Positions 51,191 to 63,105 are shown, counted from the stretch's first letter. The stretch: 64,000 nt of DNA from Candidatus Scatovivens faecipullorum (GCA_018715625.1 DVLG01000039.1:12615-76614), one strand, 5' to 3'. Made by a program: numbers and translations. Notes: generated by a model not told the origin, from the letters alone.

Positions 51191-54100
51191 ATGGCAATAA
51201 AGTCTGAAGAAAAAAATGAAAGAGCAATAGTATCAAAAAGACTACCTAGTTTTGCGATTAGTAGAAAACGTAAAGCTTCAACTGTTGATACTTCTGTTTC
51301 TAATGTTTCTTCAAAAAAATCAAAAAGAACTGTAGTTAGAAAAAACAAAAAGAAATTAAATAATATCAACTTAGAAGCCTCAGAAATAAAAGAAGTTCAA
51401 GAAGTTCAAGAAGTCGTTTCAGAAATACCAGAAGAAATTTCTAATACAAACGATATTAATGATAAAAAACAAGAAACAGCTGAAGTAACAATTTCTTTAG
51501 AAACAGTTACAAAAAAATCAAATGAAAATATCAATAGCAATGCCTCTTCTGATGAAATGGTTAATGAAAAAGAAATTATTAACAAAACAATTCTTGATGA
51601 GGATGTAAATATAGATAAATTAATTACTGAAGATAATAATTCATCAATTTCTAAAGAAGAAATAAATGAAGAAATTTCCCAAACTATTAATTCTGATATA
51701 GATGAAATTTCTAATGAAATAAAAAATAATAAAGAAGAAAAAAAGGCGCCAACTGTTATAACTCCAGACTACACTGTGCATAAATCAAGAATATCAAGAA
51801 GAAATTTATCTTTTAATTTAAATAAAAATCTTGATAATATTGTTGTTACAAATCCAAAAGATAAAGAGCCTGATATTTCAATAAATCAAAATGCACCTTT
51901 CTTCTATGAACCTTCTGTTTTTCAAAAATTTAATATTGATGTAATAGACGCAGACTCTGATAAGGAAAATGATAATGAAATTGATGACTCACAAATTAAT
52001 CTTCAATCTCAAGAAGATTTAGACTCAAAAGAGTTTGAGATTGAAAATAATAATAATAATGAAGATGAGCAAGTTATTTCTGATAAAACTAATGAGGATA
52101 TAAAAGAAGCTACACTAGATGCTGAAGATAGCTCTGTTATTAATGAAGACATCTCAAAAGATATTACAAATGAAAATATACAAAATGATAAAGATATTCA
52201 ATTAGATACTGAACTAGATGCTATTCTTACAGAACTAATAAAAAAAGAAATTGAACAAGGAGCTCAAAATAGAGAAACTATAGAAAATAAAGAAATCGAA
52301 GTTTCAAATGAAGTTGAAAATAATATTTCTACTAATAATGAAATTACAGAAGAAACCCAAGATTCTTATATTGTTGAAAATACTCAAATTAGTAATATAA
52401 AACAAGAGGAAACAGAAAATTTAGAAAACAACAATAATAACGAGTCTGATGAAAATATAGTTAACGATAGTAATTCAGAAAACAATGAAAATTTTGAAGT
52501 TTCTGATATAGAATCAGAAACTATCACAGATACTGAACTTCTAGAAACTCTAATTGATGATACTGATAATGTGGAATTATTAGATGACATTATTGGTAAT
52601 ACTGATAATACAGAATTTCTTGATGAATTTCTTGAAAACCACGAAAATATTGAAGATGTTGACATTATTAAAGAAGCAGCTGATAATATTACTGATTCAA
52701 AAAATGTAAAAGCAGCTGAATCTGCCCCATTTTTTGATAGCTCAATTCCTAAAATAGATTCTGAGATAAATAAAAATAATTTCTCTAAAAAACCAACTTT
52801 TTCTAATTTTTCAAACATATTTAGGAAATTTACTTTTGATGAAACTAATTTTAAAAATATAGTACAAAATAACTCAGATTCTATTTCAATTTCTAATCAA
52901 GTTTTACCAAGTAACCAAAACATATTAGAAAACTTAGAAAATTCAAAAAAATCTGTAAAAGAATTAGAAGTATCTGCATCACCTGCAACTTTGATTATTC
53001 CTACAATAAATACAGATGAAACTCAATTTTCTTCTACTGATGAAAAAAGTGAAAATTCTGATAATATTTCTGAATTTTATAATATCATAACTCCTGCTTC
53101 ATTGGATACAAAACCTGATTATGATGATTATGAAGAAGATTATAGAGAAAAATCTGAAGAACCACAAAAAGAATCACAAATTTCTAATGAAAATATAGAA
53201 GAAAATAAAGATGTAAAAAATGAAAATACTCAAAATAATGATACTTTAGAAAATACAGATGATATTAATATAGATAACATTAGTATTAATGATTTAGATC
53301 TTTTAGATAATATTGAACTTAATGACTTAGAAACTCTTTCTTCTAAACTAGATGAAGATGAAATTGATGAAGATTATATAAATGAAAATCCAATACATGA
53401 TGATACATACTTTGAAAACTCTAATAATCAAGATGATTCTTATTTGAATAATGAATTTATAGAAGATACTGAAGATAGTTTAGAAGCTGAAAATTATGAC
53501 TTTGAAAGTAAAAAAATGTCTAACTATTTTTCAGAAGATGATGATTTTTCTATAGAAGACTATTTTGGATTGAAAGATTTAAAAAACGAAATACCTTTAG
53601 AAGAAAACGAAAATAATCCTGAAACTGAAGATCTTGAAGAATATGAAGATACTGATGCTATTGAATTTGATAATACTGATAAACAAGATTCTGATGAACT
53701 ACAAGAAGAAAATTCACAAACAGATATATCTACTTTCAGTAAGCTAATAGAAAACTTTACTCAAACAATATCTACACTATCTGAAAGAATTGCTGACTTA
53801 GAAGAAAATAAAAATTCAAATAAAAACTCTTATGATACTAATGAGGCTGATGAAAATAATATTGAAGCTAAGGATAATGAAGAAGAATTTATTGAAGATA
53901 CTACAGCAGCTGATATACATGAAGATACTAAAGAAACTTCTGATAGTATCTCTCCTACTGAAATTATTGATGGTGAAGTTGAATTAGAAAATATTGATGA
54001 AGATACAGAAATTATTGATGATAACAATACTAATATATTTGAAGATATTTCTTTAGATGACATTTCTTTAGATGATATTGATGATATATCACTAGAAGAT

Positions 54101-55444
54101 ATTGAAAAACTTGATAATCCAAATATTGAAATTGATGATAACAACACTAATACTCAAGAAGAAGATGCAGTAGAATTTGACTTACCATTAAATGATAATG
54201 GAATTACAGATGAACCAAATCTTTTTGATAGTATTTCAGTAGATGATATTAATTTAGATGACTTCAGTTTAGAAGATATTGAAGAATTTGAAAAAGACCA
54301 GGCAGAAGATTCTAAATTTGATGACACAAAAGCAGCAAAAGATATTATAACAAAAACTTTTTCTGCTGAAAATTCAAATATAAATGATCAAATGAAATCA
54401 GAATTATTATCTGAACTTGAAGGAAATACAGATATAGATAAAGCATTACTAGAAAACTCTGCTGATGACCTTTCAGATAATGCTGTAACATCTGATCTTT
54501 ATAAAATCATTGATACTTTAGCAGAAACAATTACTCAATTAGAAAGTTCTCCAGATATGGAAGATAAACAACAACAGATTGATTCAAATGAAATTCTAAA
54601 TGTACCTGCAGAACTTACTGGCGAAGGAAAAGCAATAAATATCCTTATAAATAAAGATGATATTTTCTCTATTTCAATATTGAATGAAACTTATGAGATT
54701 GTGGCTGATTTTGATGGTATATCTGTACTTTCAGAAAATATTCATATATCTACTCCTAAAAAGAATTTCTTTGTTAAAATTGGAGAAAAATATATAGAAA
54801 TACACAACAAAAATGATAACTTCCTTGTATATACAAATTTTGAAGATATTGAATTTGCAAATGCTATTAATAATGTTGCTTTCGCTAAGAAAAATAATAA
54901 AATAGAATTAAATATAAAAGAAGCCTTTAAAATATCTTCTACAAACAATATTGTTGAATTATCTATGTTAAATACTTCCGTTGCTGATATAGTAAATTCA
55001 AACTCAGATAATTCTCAAAACATAGATGAATCTTCTATCTGTGATAACAGAACTCTTCTAATTTCTGAAGAAACTCAAAAAGTTTATTTACCATATACTA
55101 TAGAAGAAGTTATGAAAAAATTACATGATAGTAATGAATATCAGACAGTAGAAGAAGTTATAGAAAATGAATATACTGTTCCTCTTGCTACTTTCAAAAT
55201 GCCTATAATCTCTCGTTTCAAAGAAGCTTATAGATTTATGAGAGTAAAGGAAAAAAGTTCAGTATATGCAGCACTTGATTTAGCTTTAGAATTAATGTTT
55301 ACTTCAAACTTAAATCCTGCAGTTATAAGAGCTGCTAAAGATTTAAAAGAATTAAATATATACTTAGATTGTTTATATGAAAACGAAGTAGATAAATTTG
55401 ATTGTTTTAAAATTGTATATAAGGTTTTACCAAAAATCAAATAA
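51191..55444 (+). CDS. Giant hyper-acidic low-complexity protein (about 1418 aa) with globular C-terminal domain
   Basis: RBS ggagg 8 nt upstream of ATG 51191. The track's earlier start lacks an RBS. Composition is dominated by E/D/N/I/S. Internal repeats (EVQEVQEVV; DISLDDISLDDIDDISLEDIE). The last roughly 250 aa are non-repetitive and contain Cys and aromatic residues. Confidence 0.5.
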   Translation: MAIKSEEKNERAIVSKRLPSFAISRKRKASTVDTSVSNVSSKKSKRTVVRKNKKKLNNINLEASEIKEVQEVQEVVSEIPEEISNTNDINDKKQETAEVTISLETVTKKSNENINSNASSDEMVNEKEIINKTILDEDVNIDKLITEDNNSSISKEEINEEISQTINSDIDEISNEIKNNKEEKKAPTVITPDYTVHKSRISRRNLSFNLNKNLDNIVVTNPKDKEPDISINQNAPFFYEPSVFQKFNIDVIDADSDKENDNEIDDSQINLQSQEDLDSKEFEIENNNNNEDEQVISDKTNEDIKEATLDAEDSSVINEDISKDITNENIQNDKDIQLDTELDAILTELIKKEIEQGAQNRETIENKEIEVSNEVENNISTNNEITEETQDSYIVENTQISNIKQEETENLENNNNNESDENIVNDSNSENNENFEVSDIESETITDTELLETLIDDTDNVELLDDIIGNTDNTEFLDEFLENHENIEDVDIIKEAADNITDSKNVKAAESAPFFDSSIPKIDSEINKNNFSKKPTFSNFSNIFRKFTFDETNFKNIVQNNSDSISISNQVLPSNQNILENLENSKKSVKELEVSASPATLIIPTINTDETQFSSTDEKSENSDNISEFYNIITPASLDTKPDYDDYEEDYREKSEEPQKESQISNENIEENKDVKNENTQNNDTLENTDDINIDNISINDLDLLDNIELNDLETLSSKLDEDEIDEDYINENPIHDDTYFENSNNQDDSYLNNEFIEDTEDSLEAENYDFESKKMSNYFSEDDDFSIEDYFGLKDLKNEIPLEENENNPETEDLEEYEDTDAIEFDNTDKQDSDELQEENSQTDISTFSKLIENFTQTISTLSERIADLEENKNSNKNSYDTNEADENNIEAKDNEEEFIEDTTAADIHEDTKETSDSISPTEIIDGEVELENIDEDTEIIDDNNTNIFEDISLDDISLDDIDDISLEDIEKLDNPNIEIDDNNTNTQEEDAVEFDLPLNDNGITDEPNLFDSISVDDINLDDFSLEDIEEFEKDQAEDSKFDDTKAAKDIITKTFSAENSNINDQMKSELLSELEGNTDIDKALLENSADDLSDNAVTSDLYKIIDTLAETITQLESSPDMEDKQQQIDSNEILNVPAELTGEGKAINILINKDDIFSISILNETYEIVADFDGISVLSENIHISTPKKNFFVKIGEKYIEIHNKNDNFLVYTNFEDIEFANAINNVAFAKKNNKIELNIKEAFKISSTNNIVELSMLNTSVADIVNSNSDNSQNIDESSICDNRTLLISEETQKVYLPYTIEEVMKKLHDSNEYQTVEEVIENEYTVPLATFKMPIISRFKEAYRFMRVKEKSSVYAALDLALELMFTSNLNPAVIRAAKDLKELNIYLDCLYENEVDKFDCFKIVYKVLPKIK

Positions 55445-55454
55445 TATAAAAAAA

Positions 55455-55490
55455 ATAAAAAGTTCCAAGTAGTTGGAACTTTTTATTTTT
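55455..55490. terminator. Bidirectional terminator between acidic-protein gene and clpB
   Basis: aaagttccaa-gtag-ttggaacttt flanked by A- and T-runs. Confidence 0.65.
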
Positions 55491-55521
55491 CGAATACTTT
55501 TTAGCAAGAAATGTTATTTTA

Positions 55522-58224
55522 CTATTCTTTATTTTCTTCACCTACTCCATTTTCTGTATTTTTTAATTGAGTTTTTTCTTGTACTTCTACTGTTTTATTT
55601 GTTTCAATTTTTTCTTTATCGATTTTTTCTCTAATATTTAGTCCTTTAATTTCTTTATCATAATAAACTTCAACTCTGTCACCTTCATTTATTTCATTTG
55701 CAATCATTTTTCTTGCAAGTAAAGTTTCTACTTGTGCTTGCACAATTCTTTTTAAAGGTCTTGCACCAAATTCCATATCATAACCTTCTTCAATAAGCCA
55801 TCTAATAGAATTTTTTGTAAATGAAAGGTCTATTCCCTTTTCTTTAACTCTCTTTATAACTCCTTTTAAAATTAATTCAACAATACCAAAAACAACTTCT
55901 TTATCTAGTGCTTTAAAGTAAATAATTTCATCTAATCTATTTAAAAATTCTGGTCTAAAATGTTGTTTTAATATTTTATCTATTTTATCTTTAACATCTT
56001 CAGTAATATCACCATTTCTAGCAATGCTATCTAAAATTAATTGTGAGCCTAAATTTGAAGTTAATATAATAACAGTATTTTTGAAATCTATAAGTCTACC
56101 TTGAGAATCTGTTACTCTACCATCATCTAATATTTGCAAAAAGATATTAAATACATCTGGATGAGCTTTTTCTACTTCATCAAATAAAACTACTGAATAT
56201 GGTTTTCTTCTAACAGCTTCTGTTAATTGTCCACCTTCTTCATATCCTACATATCCAGGGGGAGCACCAATTAATCTAGTAACACTAAACTTTTCCATAT
56301 ATTCAGACATATCTATTCTTATCATATTTTTTTCGTCGTCAAAAAGTGTTGCTGCTAAGGTTTTTCCAAGTTCAGTTTTACCTACACCTGTTGGACCTAA
56401 AAATAGAAAAGAACCTATTGGTCTATTAGGATTAGCAATTCCTGCTCTTGCTCTAATTATAGCTTCACTTACTTTTTTTACTGCTTCATCTTGTCCAATA
56501 ACTCTTTGATGTAAAATTTCTTCTAAATGTAATAGTTTTTCTTTTTCAGCTTCTGCAAGTTTTGAAACAGGTATCCCTGTCCATTTAGAAACTACTGTTG
56601 CAATCTCATCTTCTGTAACTTTATTTCTTAATAAAGTATTTTTTCCTTGTGTTTTTTCTACTTCTTTTTCTTCTTGTTCAAGCACTTTCTTTAAATTAGG
56701 AAGTGTTGAATATTTAAGTTCAGCAGCTTTATTTAAATCATAAGCTCTTTCAGCTTTTTCTATTTGAGCATTAACATCATCTATTTTTTCTTTTAATTTT
56801 TGAATTCTTGTAATATTTTTTTTCTCATTTTCCCATTTTAATTTCATTTCTTGGAATTGAGCTCTTAATTTTGTAAGTTCTGATCTTATGTGATTTAATT
56901 GCTTTTGAGCTTTTGGATTATCTTCATCTTCTCTTTCTAAAGACTTTTCCTCTATCTCATATTGCATAATTTTTCTAGAAATTACATCTACTTCTGTCGG
57001 CATAGATTCAACTTCACTTCTAATCATTGCACACGCTTCATCTATTAAATCTATTGCTTTATCTGGAAGATATCTATCTGTAATATATCTATTTGAAAGT
57101 GTTGCAGCAGCAACTATTGCTGAATCTTGAATTTTAACACCATGGAAAATCTCAAATTTTTCCTGAATACCACGAAGTATCGTTATAGTATCTTCAACAG
57201 TTGGTTCTGCAACCAAAACTTGTTGAAATCTTCTTGTTAAAGCTGGATCTTTTTCAATATACTCTCTATATTCATCAAGTGTTGTAGCACCAACACAATG
57301 AAGCTCTCCTCTTGCCAAACGAGGTTTTAAAAGATTACTTGCATCCATTGCACCTTCTGATTTTCCTGCACCTACTAAATTATGTATTTCATCTATAAAT
57401 AAAATAATATTTCCTTCGCTTTTATCTATTTCTTTTAAAACACTTGTTAATCTTTCTTCAAATTCTCCTTTATATTTTGCACCAGCTACTAATAATCCTA
57501 AATCTAATTCGAAAATAGTTTTTCCTTTTAAACTTGTTGGAACATCTCCTCTAACAATTCTTTGAGCAAGTCCTTCAACTATAGCTGTCTTACCAACACC
57601 AGGCTCTCCAATCAAAACTGGATTATTTTTTGTTTTACGAGATAGAATTCTTATAACATTTCTAATTTCATCATCTCTACCTATTACTGGGTTTAACTTA
57701 TTTTGTTTAGCAAGGTCAGTAACATTTTTTCCAAATCTTCCTAAAACATCATAAGAATTTTCAGGTGTATCACTATTTACTGATACATTTCCTCTTATAT
57801 CTTTTAATGCTACTAAAAATTTATTTTTATCTACTTTATAAGTCTTAAAAATTCTTTTTAAATTATCTGTTGCAGTTTCAAAAATACCAAGCATTAAATG
57901 TTCAACAGAAATAAATTCATCTTTCATTGCCTTTGCTCTTTTTTCAGCTTCATCTAATGCTTTTTCAACTTCACTTGAAAATCTTAAAGCAACTGTTCCA
58001 GTTACTTTAGGCATTCTATCAATTTCGGATTGAATTATAGTAGATAATGAATTTACATCTATATCCATTTTCTTAAAAAGCATTGTGATTAGACCTTCCT
58101 TATCTTCTAGAAAAGCAGCCATCATATGAAAATCTGTAATTTCAGGATTATTATTTCTTGTTGTTATATTACTTGCATTTGTTATTGCTTCTTTTGATTT
58201 TTCTGTAAAATTTGAAACATTCAT
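55522..58224 (-). CDS. clpB: ATP-dependent chaperone ClpB
   Basis: Two AAA+ modules ([33 protein letters not shown]), a middle coiled-coil, and a ClpB-type N-domain. The C-terminal 35 aa form an unusual extension. Confidence 0.9.
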   Translation of the reverse strand: MNVSNFTEKSKEAITNASNITTRNNNPEITDFHMMAAFLEDKEGLITMLFKKMDIDVNSLSTIIQSEIDRMPKVTGTVALRFSSEVEKALDEAEKRAKAMKDEFISVEHLMLGIFETATDNLKRIFKTYKVDKNKFLVALKDIRGNVSVNSDTPENSYDVLGRFGKNVTDLAKQNKLNPVIGRDDEIRNVIRILSRKTKNNPVLIGEPGVGKTAIVEGLAQRIVRGDVPTSLKGKTIFELDLGLLVAGAKYKGEFEERLTSVLKEIDKSEGNIILFIDEIHNLVGAGKSEGAMDASNLLKPRLARGELHCVGATTLDEYREYIEKDPALTRRFQQVLVAEPTVEDTITILRGIQEKFEIFHGVKIQDSAIVAAATLSNRYITDRYLPDKAIDLIDEACAMIRSEVESMPTEVDVISRKIMQYEIEEKSLEREDEDNPKAQKQLNHIRSELTKLRAQFQEMKLKWENEKKNITRIQKLKEKIDDVNAQIEKAERAYDLNKAAELKYSTLPNLKKVLEQEEKEVEKTQGKNTLLRNKVTEDEIATVVSKWTGIPVSKLAEAEKEKLLHLEEILHQRVIGQDEAVKKVSEAIIRARAGIANPNRPIGSFLFLGPTGVGKTELGKTLAATLFDDEKNMIRIDMSEYMEKFSVTRLIGAPPGYVGYEEGGQLTEAVRRKPYSVVLFDEVEKAHPDVFNIFLQILDDGRVTDSQGRLIDFKNTVIILTSNLGSQLILDSIARNGDITEDVKDKIDKILKQHFRPEFLNRLDEIIYFKALDKEVVFGIVELILKGVIKRVKEKGIDLSFTKNSIRWLIEEGYDMEFGARPLKRIVQAQVETLLARKMIANEINEGDRVEVYYDKEIKGLNIREKIDKEKIETNKTVEVQEKTQLKNTENGVGEENKE

Positions 58225-58249
58225 ATATTTTACCTCCTTTGTATAATTA

Positions 58250-59623
58250 CTATTTTTGCGTCATCAAAATACATAAAAGAACATTAATATATTGTAAACT
58301 GCCTACAAATTTTATAAGTGTACCAGTTCTTTTTTGTACTTTCTTATCATTTTTTTCTGTTCCTTTAATTAATTCTTGCCAAATTAATAACATTACTATT
58401 ATCATAGAAAATTCAAAAAATATAGTTGTTCTTTCAGCAGAACTAAATACTGTTGGTGAAAAACCTATAATAATTTTAGATGCTAATCCTATTAAATAAA
58501 TTAAAAGTGCTAAATTGTTTTTTAGGTTTTTAAAAATTATTAGTAGTGATAAACCTAGACATGTAAAATTTATAAGTGCTAAGCTCAAAGGAACAATGTT
58601 AAATAAATTATTACAATTTGCTGCAGTTAACATCATTCTATCCTCTATAATATAATTTCTAAGTTCTCCTACAAATGGAAAAATCTTATTTGTTACATTT
58701 GTAGTAATTCCTAATAAACAAATCGTTAAAAAAGGAATTATAGATATAATTCTATATGTGTTATTTTTATATGTAGAAAATATGTATATTGTTATAAGTA
58801 AGCTAAACATTGCATAAACTAAATTTATTTTCTCTATTATAATTCCAAAAGCAGATGTAAAACCTAATGAAATTTTATCTAATACTGTAAGCATTTTAAA
58901 ATCTTGAAATAATTCTATAGTCTCAGTTTCTTTTCTGACATAATTTCCTGGACAAGTAAAAATGAATATTAAACTTGCTATAATCAATATGTTTTGAATT
59001 ATCATATATGGATGAATTTTTTTATTTTTTAAAATCATTAATATAGAAAATACAATGTATACTCCAAATAATATTGCTGCTGTTTGTTCTTGATTTCCCG
59101 AATATATTAATGAAAGAGAATATAAAGGATATTGCCATGCTTTTATTTTTTCACCATCCCAAATTTTTCTAATTGGAATAATCGCAAATAAACCAGTGGC
59201 TAATGGCCACATATAAACTGTTGTTGTTGTCGCCCAACCTGAACCATTCATAGCATTCAGTGGATATAATAGCATCATAAAAACTAACATTGTATTATTT
59301 TGAGCCCTATCTTCTTTTTTTATAAATAAACGAGAAATAGAATAACACGCTAAAGTAAACATTAAAGCTTCTATTAAAATCCATAAATATTTTGAAACTT
59401 TAAGTGTAAAACATTCTGCCATTTCAAGTAGTAATCTTGAAGTCCAGTTATTATACCTTTCCATCTCAAAAGAAAATATACTTCGATTAGAAACTTGTTC
59501 TAAAAACCATGCATCATCATGTCTGTTTGGAGTTATAAAAATTGTTAGTAGTAATTCTAATAAAAATACTATAATTATTGCTGATCTTCCATTTTCCAAT
59601 ATTTTTTTTATTTTTTCTTTCAT
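58250..59623 (-). CDS. Polytopic membrane protein, possible GT-C-type glycosyltransferase
   Basis: 457 aa with at least 10 predicted TM helices. Lies in a cluster with the GT2 polyprenol-P glycosyltransferase. Confidence 0.3.
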   Translation of the reverse strand: MKEKIKKILENGRSAIIIVFLLELLLTIFITPNRHDDAWFLEQVSNRSIFSFEMERYNNWTSRLLLEMAECFTLKVSKYLWILIEALMFTLACYSISRLFIKKEDRAQNNTMLVFMMLLYPLNAMNGSGWATTTTVYMWPLATGLFAIIPIRKIWDGEKIKAWQYPLYSLSLIYSGNQEQTAAILFGVYIVFSILMILKNKKIHPYMIIQNILIIASLIFIFTCPGNYVRKETETIELFQDFKMLTVLDKISLGFTSAFGIIIEKINLVYAMFSLLITIYIFSTYKNNTYRIISIIPFLTICLLGITTNVTNKIFPFVGELRNYIIEDRMMLTAANCNNLFNIVPLSLALINFTCLGLSLLIIFKNLKNNLALLIYLIGLASKIIIGFSPTVFSSAERTTIFFEFSMIIVMLLIWQELIKGTEKNDKKVQKRTGTLIKFVGSLQYINVLLCILMTQK

Positions 59624-59639
59624 TGTTAAATCCCCTATT

Positions 59640-60128
59640 CTATATATCTACACTTATTAATGTATTTGCTAAAATCTCTTTATTATCTTCTTTTAATAAG
59701 ACATATATGTCATATTTGCCTTTTGGAATTCCAATTAATAAACATTGTGCATGAATTCCTGCCATTTCCATATCTGTTCCATCTAAGTTGATATTTTCTT
59801 CCATTTTTGTTTTCATTAAATACATTTTGCCTGTGTCTTGATTTCTAATTACATAACTACTATTAACTATTCCTATAGGCTCTCCCTCTTTATAAGCCCA
59901 ACCAGCAATTTCAATTTTCTTTTTTGATACTTCTAAAACATCTATATGAGTATTAATATCTTCATTACTCACAGTTGTATTTGGCCCCAGTTTATATGAT
60001 TTAAATATAAGAATTGAAGCCATTACTAAACTTAAATAAAAAATTATTACTACTATAGAAACAATTAAAATTCTACTAAACATTTTTTCATTAACTTCTA
60101 TATCTAAAAAATCCATCTTCTCCTCCAA
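59640..60128 (-). CDS. Single-pass membrane protein (hypothetical)
   Basis: TM helix ILIVSIVVIIFYLSLVMASILIF. 3 nt from the GT2 gene. Confidence 0.3.
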   Translation of the reverse strand: MEEKMDFLDIEVNEKMFSRILIVSIVVIIFYLSLVMASILIFKSYKLGPNTTVSNEDINTHIDVLEVSKKKIEIAGWAYKEGEPIGIVNSSYVIRNQDTGKMYLMKTKMEENINLDGTDMEMAGIHAQCLLIGIPKGKYDIYVLLKEDNKEILANTLISVDI

Positions 60129-60130
60129 TT

Positions 60131-61087
60131 CTATCTTGATGTATTATTAATTTCATTTATATTTATTTTCTTATCTATTATGTATATCGGTCTTCTTTGT
60201 GATTCTTCATATATTCTAGCAATATATTCAGCCATTACCCATAAAGACAAGAGTTGTATTCCAGTAAAAAATGTAATAGTTGTCATGATTGATGTCCAGC
60301 CTGGTATTAAATTATTTAAACTAAATGTATAAGAAATAATTGAATATATTAAAATTATTATTGAAAGAAATATAGAAAAACATCCTATCATTCCAACAAA
60401 TTTTAATGGTTTACTTGAAAAACTTAAAATTCCGTCTTTAGCTAATTTTACCATTTTGTTTAATGGATATTTCGTTTTTCCAGCATATCTTTCTTTTCTT
60501 TCATATTCAATTGGAGTTTGTTTAAAGCCCACCCAGCTAAATAATCCCCTTAAAAACTTATTATGTTCTGGTAAAGAATTAATAACATCAACTACTTTTC
60601 TATCTGCTAATCTAAAATCTCCTGTATTCTTAGGAATTTCCACACTTGAAAATTCATTTAATATTTTATAAAACATCTTAGCTGTAAACAATTTAAATGG
60701 TGTCTCACCTTTCCTGCTTATTCTTTTTGCATAAATAACATCATTTCCTTTTTCCCACAATTCAATCATTTTTTCAATTAATTCTGGTGGATCTTGTAAA
60801 TCTGCATCTATAATAACAATAGCATCACCTGTTGTATATTTTAATCCTGCTTGTACAGCTGCTTGATGTCCGAAATTTCTTGAAAATGAAATAGCCTTTA
60901 CACGATTATCCTTATTTGCTATTTTTTCTATAATTGCTAATGTTTTATCTTTACTTCCATCATCTACAAAAATAATTTCTAATTCATATTTTTTTATTTT
61001 TTTAAAAACATCATCTATTCTTTTGTAACATTCTTCTGCAACTTCTTCTTCATAATACATAGGTACTACAACTGATATTTTTTTCAT
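60131..61087 (-). CDS. GT2 family polyprenol-phosphate glycosyltransferase (GtrB/ArnC-like)
   Basis: VVVPMYYEE...FVDDGSKD...DADLQDPPE. Two C-terminal TM helices. Confidence 0.85.
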   Translation of the reverse strand: MKKISVVVPMYYEEEVAEECYKRIDDVFKKIKKYELEIIFVDDGSKDKTLAIIEKIANKDNRVKAISFSRNFGHQAAVQAGLKYTTGDAIVIIDADLQDPPELIEKMIELWEKGNDVIYAKRISRKGETPFKLFTAKMFYKILNEFSSVEIPKNTGDFRLADRKVVDVINSLPEHNKFLRGLFSWVGFKQTPIEYERKERYAGKTKYPLNKMVKLAKDGILSFSSKPLKFVGMIGCFSIFLSIIILIYSIISYTFSLNNLIPGWTSIMTTITFFTGIQLLSLWVMAEYIARIYEESQRRPIYIIDKKININEINNTSR

Positions 61088-61286
61088 CTATACAATCCCT
61101 TCTACTACTATAATTATTTTAAAATTGATATCATTATATCACATTGTTTCTATTTTTTTCTATAATTATTAAAATAATTTTTAATATAACTAAAATTTAT
61201 TGTTGTAAAAAAGTCAAGTAGACAATGTATTAATCTAAAACTAAATATTTTTTAATTTCTGACACAAGCTACTCGACTTTTTATTC

Positions 61287-62069
61287 TTATCTTTCAAATT
61301 CATCTATATTTTTAAATTCATATCCCATATTTTTTACTTCTTTTATAACTTCATTTAAAATTTTACTATTATCTTCTGATGTAGAATGTAATAAAAGCAC
61401 ACAGCCATTATGCATATTATCTAAAATTTTCTTTTTTCCATATTCTGTTCTACCTTGTTTATTTTTATCCCAATCATCATAAGCAGATGACCACATAACA
61501 GTCGTATAACCTAATTCCTTAACTTTGCTTATTACTCTTTCACTAAATTCTCCCTTTGGTGGTCTAAAATATTTCATTTCATATCCAAATTTTTCATATA
61601 CGGCATTATGTAATTTCATGACTTCATCTTTAATTTCTTCATCTCTCAAATTTGGTAAACATTTATGATTCACTGTATGATTTCCAACAATATGACCATC
61701 TTCAATCATTCTTTTTACAATATCACTTGCAGTATTCAAATAATGCGCTGTAATAAAAAAAGTTGCTTTTACATTATTTTCTTCTAAAACATCTAAGATT
61801 GCTTCTGTATAACCTGCTTCATATCCACAATCAAAAGTTAAATATACTTTGTTACTATCTTTATTTCCCATGGATATTCCTTCAAATTTCCTAATAACTT
61901 TCTCACTTGCTGTATCTAAAGTTGATTGCTTATGTTCAGGTTCTCTTCTAAATCCCCATGCTAATAATTCATTACTTAATTCAGTTGCTTGAGAATATAT
62001 TGTAAATTGCATAATACATAATGATAATAAAACAATTAAAAAACTATATCTAATAATTTTATCTTTCAT
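61287..62069 (-). CDS. Polysaccharide deacetylase (CE4), PdaA-like sporulation de-N-acetylase
   Basis: YLTFDCGYE...TFFITAHY...VGNHTVNH motifs. Signal peptide. Confidence 0.8.
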   Translation of the reverse strand: MKDKIIRYSFLIVLLSLCIMQFTIYSQATELSNELLAWGFRREPEHKQSTLDTASEKVIRKFEGISMGNKDSNKVYLTFDCGYEAGYTEAILDVLEENNVKATFFITAHYLNTASDIVKRMIEDGHIVGNHTVNHKCLPNLRDEEIKDEVMKLHNAVYEKFGYEMKYFRPPKGEFSERVISKVKELGYTTVMWSSAYDDWDKNKQGRTEYGKKKILDNMHNGCVLLLHSTSEDNSKILNEVIKEVKNMGYEFKNIDEFER

Positions 62070-62216
62070 AAATTCCTCCTTAATTTAAGTGTCTTTATAA
62101 AAGATTATTCATTAAAATATTTTTTATGAAATAAAAAACCCTCGGACATGATTTTCATCATTTATCCAAGGGTGAAAGGATTTAGTTATTACAAATATGT
62201 TGTTTCAAAATTACGC

Positions 62217-63092
62217 TCAACCAGCTGTGTTATTCAAAATATCATACAGTGGTGAGTTTTCATCAATAACAACTGTGCCTCCGTTTTTCAAAGACTCCTT
62301 CATAGCCTCGAGCTCTATCATAAAATTATAGAACTCACGTCTTTCAGCAGATTTGCCATAGCTATCGGCCAATATACTATAATACTGCTTTTCGCCATCT
62401 GCAATTACGTCTGCTGCTTTAACTTCAGCATCAGAAACAATCTTTTTTACATCAGCATCAGCCTGAGTCTTAATGGTGTTGGCCTCTTTATCACCTTCAG
62501 CTTTATACTCTGCTGCAATCGCATTTCTCTCGGAAATCATTCTACTATATACTGCTTCTTTATTATCATTCGGCAGGTCTAGTACCTTAATTTCCATTTG
62601 GGTTATCTCTATTCCGTATTGAGAAAGACTTGTAATCTTTTTCAAGATATTGGAACCAAGACTACCATCTTTGCCGCCAATCACATCTTCCTGATTAGTA
62701 GATGAGATATAGTTTTTCATTGCATTATAAGTTGCAGTGTTAATACGCGACTGTGCTACTGCTTCAGAACTCAAAGTTTGATTATACTTTTGAGCATCAT
62801 CAATTCTCCAAATGACATAGCAATTAGAAATCATTGTTTTTTTATCAGCTGTTATCACCTCTGTTGAAGGAAGATCATACAGCCGCTCGCCAACAAAAAT
62901 TTCTTTTGTACTCTGCACAAAAGGTATGGTCAGATAAACACCTGGGTCTTCTTTCACGTCCACCACTTTACCAAACTGGAGAATTAAAACCTCCTGGTCT
63001 TTTTTATTGTGATGAAAACTAACAAGACCTAAAAAAACTACCAGTAAAACTGCTACAATACTTGTAGCAATAATTGCAACGTTTTTCTTCAT
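62217..63092 (-). CDS. hflC: HflC (SPFH/band-7 protease modulator)
   Basis: N-terminal TM and SPFH domain. Paired with the upstream hflK-like gene. Confidence 0.75.
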   Translation of the reverse strand: MKKNVAIIATSIVAVLLVVFLGLVSFHHNKKDQEVLILQFGKVVDVKEDPGVYLTIPFVQSTKEIFVGERLYDLPSTEVITADKKTMISNCYVIWRIDDAQKYNQTLSSEAVAQSRINTATYNAMKNYISSTNQEDVIGGKDGSLGSNILKKITSLSQYGIEITQMEIKVLDLPNDNKEAVYSRMISERNAIAAEYKAEGDKEANTIKTQADADVKKIVSDAEVKAADVIADGEKQYYSILADSYGKSAERREFYNFMIELEAMKESLKNGGTVVIDENSPLYDILNNTAG

Positions 63093-63105
63093 TTTGTCTT
63101 ACCTC

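Noticed and set aside
51396-54300. Short tandem nucleotide repeats that might be mistaken for a CRISPR array or VNTR
   Set aside because: The repeats are in-frame coding repeats (EVQEVQ, DISLDDI) of the acidic protein. There is no repeat-spacer architecture and no cas genes.
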